A stretch of 23,122 nucleotides of DNA from Oligoflexus sp. (GTDB lineage Bacteria > Bdellovibrionota_B > Oligoflexia > Oligoflexales > Oligoflexaceae), in contig JBGSTX010000345.1 of assembly GCA_041736305.1 (NCBI GenBank), positions 1 through 23,122 of the forward strand. The letters are read 5' to 3'. The position numbers and the translations under genes were made by a program. Within the stretch, counting starts at the first letter, position 1. Each line of letters starts with the position of its first letter. Below are positions 19,153 through 23,122 of this stretch, piece after piece. Under the pieces are notes generated by a model, which saw nothing but the letters and a program-made list of their open reading frames with translations, was not told the DNA's origin and made no database searches.

Positions 19153-19248
19153 TGGTCCCCCTAGCTACTTTGGACTCGCAGGCATTTTGTTTCACAGCTG
19201 ATGCGAAAAGTCTAGCGAGGCAAGGGCTTAAAGACCAGTGACAAATTG

Positions 19249-19290
19249 AATAAAAAGGAGTCCTAAGCTAGGTTCTTCGCTTAGGACTCC
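19249..19290 (-). terminator. Rho-independent terminator of the beta-barrel gene
   Basis: 12-bp stem GGAGTCCTAAGC (19257-19268) / GCTTAGGACTCC (19279-19290), followed by TTTTTATT on minus. Confidence 0.85.
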
Positions 19291-19302
19291 CCTGAGCTTT
19301 GT

Positions 19303-19965
19303 TTAAAACGCAAGGCCAAGTTCAATTCCGGGCTCGAGCTGACTCATAAAGCGACGCTCAAGAGATTTAAGTTGTTCTGCGTCTAGCTGAGTAGCTTCAG
19401 CATCTTTGTCTTTGAGCTTATTTTGAAAATGGCGGAGCCCAACGTAAGCTCCCACGGAAAGGGGGAGTGATTCAGCTACATAGCGATAACCAATACGGGC
19501 ATGCGCCGTCATACCGCTACCGGTCAACTCATGATCGAGACGGTTATCACCACTCAAACTGGCTACCTGACCTTCTTGACTTATACCAGGAGTCTCCTGC
19601 CAATCGATTTGCATCTGCCGATAACCTAGGCCTAAGCCCCAAAACCCGCCTGACATCATCTTGGGATTGCCATAGCGCGAGTACATCAAAGCCAGTTCGG
19701 TGCTCTTCATCATGAGCGAGTCGCCATTTTTTTCTTTAATTTCGGACTTGCTGTAGACTTCGGCTTCGCTTCGGGTATTAAGCTCGATGCCGAGAGCACC
19801 GTTGCCTTTGAGATTATACTCAAACTTGGTGACAGCTTCCCGATCGAAACTGACGATAGGCAGACTGAGATTGACGGATTTGTAAGCATCTGCTGCCAAC
19901 GCTGTCAGAGGGCTAACACTGATGAAGCTTCCCAAAAATAGACGGATGGCCACTGATTTTTGCAT
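19303..19965 (-). CDS. Putative outer-membrane beta-barrel protein
   Basis: Signal peptide ending ALA-A; alternating amphipathic strands (GFWGLGLGYR, ARIGYRY, SVGAYVG); terminal GIELGLAF BAM-type signal. Confidence 0.75.
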   Translation of the reverse strand: MQKSVAIRLFLGSFISVSPLTALAADAYKSVNLSLPIVSFDREAVTKFEYNLKGNGALGIELNTRSEAEVYSKSEIKEKNGDSLMMKSTELALMYSRYGNPKMMSGGFWGLGLGYRQMQIDWQETPGISQEGQVASLSGDNRLDHELTGSGMTAHARIGYRYVAESLPLSVGAYVGLRHFQNKLKDKDAEATQLDAEQLKSLERRFMSQLEPGIELGLAF

Positions 19966-20171
19966 TCGACATCTCCCTCGTGCTGTATGCAGCCTAGCGG
20001 ATCAATTAATAGGCCCCCTGGCCCAACAATGATGGATCGTATTGCTATTGTACTGCCCTGACTCTGAAACGAGAAGACATGCGGTTGGGCATTGAGTTTG
20101 AAGGCGATTCGAGCTAGGCTTAAGTCGTATAGAAAACGAGGCATTTTAGTGAAATGCAAAGGATTTGATCT

Positions 20172-20954
20172 ATGAAAGTCATCGCTCACCGCGGGGCGTG
20201 TACCGAAGCTCTTGAAAACAGCTGGGACGCTTTTCAAAAAGCGGTCGAAGCTGGAGCCGATCGCATCGAACTAGACGTACACCTGACTCGAGACGGCCAT
20301 CTGGTAGTTGTCCACGATGAAGACTTCCAGCGAGTTGCTAATGAATCCAAGAAAGTAGCCACTGCAACGCGTTCTGATATCGAAGCCATTCGCCTTAGCA
20401 ACGGCGAAAGCGTACCCTTTCTTGATCAAGTTTTGACCCGATTTTTATCGCAAATCGAATTCAATATCGAGGTGAAAAGCCCTGGTCTTGCCACAGTAGA
20501 AGCACTGATCAAACTAATTGAACAGTTTAGTGGTGAGCAGGCTAAGATTATAGTTTCTTCTTTCAATCTGGATACTTGCGAGTGGGTAGCGCAGAAGGCA
20601 CCTGCAATCCAGCTCGCCTTGCTCTGGGACAAAAGCCTTTGGTGGCCAGGCAGCTTCAGTTGGGGACCTCGCCGCTTTATGCGCCGCCACGGCATTAAGA
20701 TATTTCACCCCGATGCTCGCCTTCTAAGCCAATCGATTCTGCTGCAAATCAAGGCCGAGGGCTGGTCCGTGTTCCCTTACATCGGTCTGCGCAACGAGCA
20801 GAACACCGAAGTGCTCTGGTCTTATCTCATGACTCTCGGTGTCGATGGTCACTGCACGAACTACCCTAGACTTATGAAACTCTGGCTACAGGAGGCTGCC
20901 GATGACGTCAACCGCTTCCAAGGCATCGGTCCCTTGGCAAATCGCACATCTTGA
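20172..20954 (+). CDS. Glycerophosphodiester phosphodiesterase (UgpQ/GlpQ family)
   Basis: IAHRG, EN...AF, IELDVHLTRDG.LVV.HD, NIEVK, VSSF, GVDG..TNYP. Confidence 0.93.
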   Translation: MKVIAHRGACTEALENSWDAFQKAVEAGADRIELDVHLTRDGHLVVVHDEDFQRVANESKKVATATRSDIEAIRLSNGESVPFLDQVLTRFLSQIEFNIEVKSPGLATVEALIKLIEQFSGEQAKIIVSSFNLDTCEWVAQKAPAIQLALLWDKSLWWPGSFSWGPRRFMRRHGIKIFHPDARLLSQSILLQIKAEGWSVFPYIGLRNEQNTEVLWSYLMTLGVDGHCTNYPRLMKLWLQEAADDVNRFQGIGPLANRTS

Positions 20955-21828
20955 ATCACCGGTAGACGGCATCAAGATACGGTATGGAACCTTTGGGATT
21001 GATCCCTCAGGGCGTGAAGCGGATTGGGGCGTGCTTCTCCTGAACGGCCGCAGTGAATGGATCGAAAAATATAGTGATCTTCCCCACGAATTCGGTTTGG
21101 GTTCCAGAGTCATGTGGGCGAGTCTGGACCATCGCGGCCAAGGAGCCTCCGAAGGAGCGCGTGCGCATGTCGAGACCTATGAAGATTTTGCTCGTGATGC
21201 GGCAGCAGTAGCCGAAGCTGCATTTGGAGATGCTCCCTTCGTCGTCCTCAGTCATTCGATGGGAGGACTTATTGCTCTGACCGCTGTCATGCGCGGGCTG
21301 ATTCATCCGCGAGCGATGGTTCTCTGCTCGCCTCTCCTAGCCTTGCCTAATGCCCCGCTGCATCGGACTCTTGCCAAACCGCTTGCTCGCCTTATGGTGC
21401 GCACTCTCTGGTCGCAGCAAGCAACGGGTTTCAAGTCGAAGCGAGAATCACGTTTTAGCCGCAATGCTCTCACTCACTCCTATAGGGGCTTCCAGAAGAT
21501 ACTCGAATCACCCTATCCCTATATGCCCCCGAGCTTCGGGTGGGTGGCCGCAACTTTCGCAGCCTGCGAGCAAATTTTTGCTCCGGCTGCCCTACAGCGT
21601 CTCCGTTGTCCTGTAAAAATTATCGCCGGCACCGAAGAGTCGGTAGTCGATCCAGGAGCCTTTGGACCTTGGTGCAAGCGGGCTCAAGAGAACTCATGCC
21701 TGGCTGAATGGCAGCAAATTCCGCAGGGTCGCCACGAGCTGCTCAATGAGATACCGCGTCTGCGCCGTCAGACTATTGAAGAGGCGCGCGCCTGGCTTCT
21801 AAAGTATGGCCCACCATTCTCTCGATAA
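20902..21828 (+). CDS. Alpha/beta hydrolase, lysophospholipase L2 (PldB)-like
   Basis: NGRSEWIEKY, LDHRGQGAS, SHSMGG nucleophile, EE.VVD acid, RHELLNE His; SD GGAGG inside the upstream gene. Confidence 0.85.
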   Translation: MTSTASKASVPWQIAHLESPVDGIKIRYGTFGIDPSGREADWGVLLLNGRSEWIEKYSDLPHEFGLGSRVMWASLDHRGQGASEGARAHVETYEDFARDAAAVAEAAFGDAPFVVLSHSMGGLIALTAVMRGLIHPRAMVLCSPLLALPNAPLHRTLAKPLARLMVRTLWSQQATGFKSKRESRFSRNALTHSYRGFQKILESPYPYMPPSFGWVAATFAACEQIFAPAALQRLRCPVKIIAGTEESVVDPGAFGPWCKRAQENSCLAEWQQIPQGRHELLNEIPRLRRQTIEEARAWLLKYGPPFSR

Positions 21829-22774
21829 TATCTGCCACAGTCTCGACACTCTGTATTCCTCCAACGCTTTTTCCAGCTTGGAAATATTCTTTGTAGGAGG
21901 AGCCTTGGGCCATGCTACGTTTTAGCTGCCAGAGAGAACGCAAGGTATAGAGGGTGCGGAGCCAGTGCTTTGTGCCGGGATTTTTGAGCAGCCATTGACT
22001 CAGCTTGCTGATTTCGGCGCCTTCTTTTTTGAGCAGCTGACTGTTGATAACTGAAACCGGAACTCCCGTCAGCTTTCTCGTCATAATTATATCGATTTCT
22101 TCAGCCTTGATAATGGCTTGCTTATAGTCCATATGAGCCGCGCATTCGCGGGAGGCGATGAAGCGAGTCCCCAGCTGGACTCCATGATAGCCAAGACTGA
22201 GGGCTTTCTCAAAAGCGCTTTTATCGCCGATGCCTCCGGCGCATATCAAGGGCACGCCGAAGCGCTTCATCGTGTCAAAGAGCTTTTCTGGAGATAAGGA
22301 CCCAGCATGGCCACCCGCCCGGTTGTTAACGCAAATCAGTCCATTTACACCGTTATCCAGTGCTTTCTCGGCCCATGACTGGGTTGTGACGTCATGAAAC
22401 ACGAGGCTGCCCGAGCCTTGGAGCCGCTTCACGACCCAGCTGGGATTCCCGAGTGCAGTAATATAGAAACGAATGCCTTCTTCGAGGGCGATGTCTACCC
22501 ATTCCATATTCTTCTTGAGATACTGCGCCGATGATTTTTCGACCAAGACATTTAGTCCGATTGGTCGATCACTCAGAGTTCTGATGTAGCGCAGGCCTTC
22601 ACGAAATCCGTGTTTATGGACGTAGGTTAAAGAAATAGGTTGGACGACACCGATACCGCCGGCAGCTGAAACTGCAGCAACTAATTCGGGATTGCTGCAA
22701 GGATACATCGGGCCACCAATGATGGGGTAGCGCACGCCCAGCATCTGGGTCAGGGGCGACTCGAACTTTGCCAT
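21773..22774 (-). CDS. Nitronate monooxygenase / FabK-like FMN flavoprotein
   Basis: YPIIGGPM, LVAAVSAAGGIG, AGGHAG, ICAGGIGD, GVQLGTRFIAS.E. Confidence 0.9.
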   Translation of the reverse strand: MAKFESPLTQMLGVRYPIIGGPMYPCSNPELVAAVSAAGGIGVVQPISLTYVHKHGFREGLRYIRTLSDRPIGLNVLVEKSSAQYLKKNMEWVDIALEEGIRFYITALGNPSWVVKRLQGSGSLVFHDVTTQSWAEKALDNGVNGLICVNNRAGGHAGSLSPEKLFDTMKRFGVPLICAGGIGDKSAFEKALSLGYHGVQLGTRFIASRECAAHMDYKQAIIKAEEIDIIMTRKLTGVPVSVINSQLLKKEGAEISKLSQWLLKNPGTKHWLRTLYTLRSLWQLKRSMAQGSSYKEYFQAGKSVGGIQSVETVADIIERMVGHTLEARRAPLQ

Positions 22775-22856
22775 GAAAGGATCCTCTTTGTAAAAAAATT
22801 GCGATGCCTCTACCTTTCGTCTACCCCATCCAGACCAGAGGAGCCAGTCGCAAAAT

Positions 22857-23122
22857 TTAGCATTCTGTAACGTTGACTGCCAAACCTCCCCTTGAGGTCT
22901 CCTTATATTTTGTCATCATATCGGCGCCGGTCTCTCTCATTGTTTTGATGACCGAGTCGAGGGATACATGATGCTCGCCTTCGCGCTTAAGCGCTATGCG
23001 GGCTGCATTGATTGCTTTGACAGACCCCATGGCATTGCGTTCTATACAGGGTATTTGTACCAGGCCCCCAATCGGATCGCAGGTGAGCCCAAGATTATGC
23101 TCCATGCCGATCTCCGCCGCTT
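22857..23122 (-). CDS. sdaA: L-serine ammonia-lyase, C-terminal part (5' end outside the window)
   Basis: [29 protein letters not shown]...[23 protein letters not shown]. Confidence 0.93.
   Translation of the reverse strand, partial: AAEIGMEHNLGLTCDPIGGLVQIPCIERNAMGSVKAINAARIALKREGEHHVSLDSVIKTMRETGADMMTKYKETSRGGLAVNVTEC

Noticed and set aside
20043..20059. GG-N10-GC (GGCAGTACAATAGC, minus strand) upstream of the beta-barrel gene as a sigma54 promoter
   Set aside because: Poor match to TGGCAC-N5-TTGC; the internal TACAAT could equally be a sigma70 -10, so neither can be supported.
1..23122. CRISPR arrays, tRNA/rRNA, IS elements, prophage or defence genes
   Set aside because: No spaced repeats or such protein motifs were seen; intergenic gaps are all short (about 240 nt or less).

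Overview
Gene-dense bacterial window of roughly 50% GC, with most genes on the minus strand. Gene content and protein style suggest a Bdellovibrionota/Oligoflexia-like or other deltaproteobacterial-type organism; this is inference only. Left to right: a partial FadB-like enoyl-CoA hydratase, a thiolase, an AraC regulator, a divergent DUF2236 (MpaB/Lcp-like) protein, an aldehyde dehydrogenase, a 2-oxoglutarate dehydrogenase operon transcribed as sucB-lpdA-sucA, two lipoproteins, a bactofilin, two hypothetical proteins, rplM-rpsI, asnS, two GT4 glycosyltransferases, an outer-membrane beta-barrel, a GDPD plus PldB-like lysophospholipase pair, a nitronate monooxygenase-family flavoprotein and a partial sdaA. 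I saw no rRNA, tRNA, CRISPR array, transposase or phage gene. Most notable: (1) an ALDH-DUF2236-AraC-thiolase cluster whose DUF2236 protein has altered heme/catalytic motifs, with a tandem AraC-type operator abutting the thiolase -35; (2) an apparent chimeric junction inside the thiolase near 625-670; (3) several degenerate-enzyme-like hypothetical proteins around the bactofilin; (4) a structured rplM leader. All family assignments come from motif recognition by eye, not database searches.
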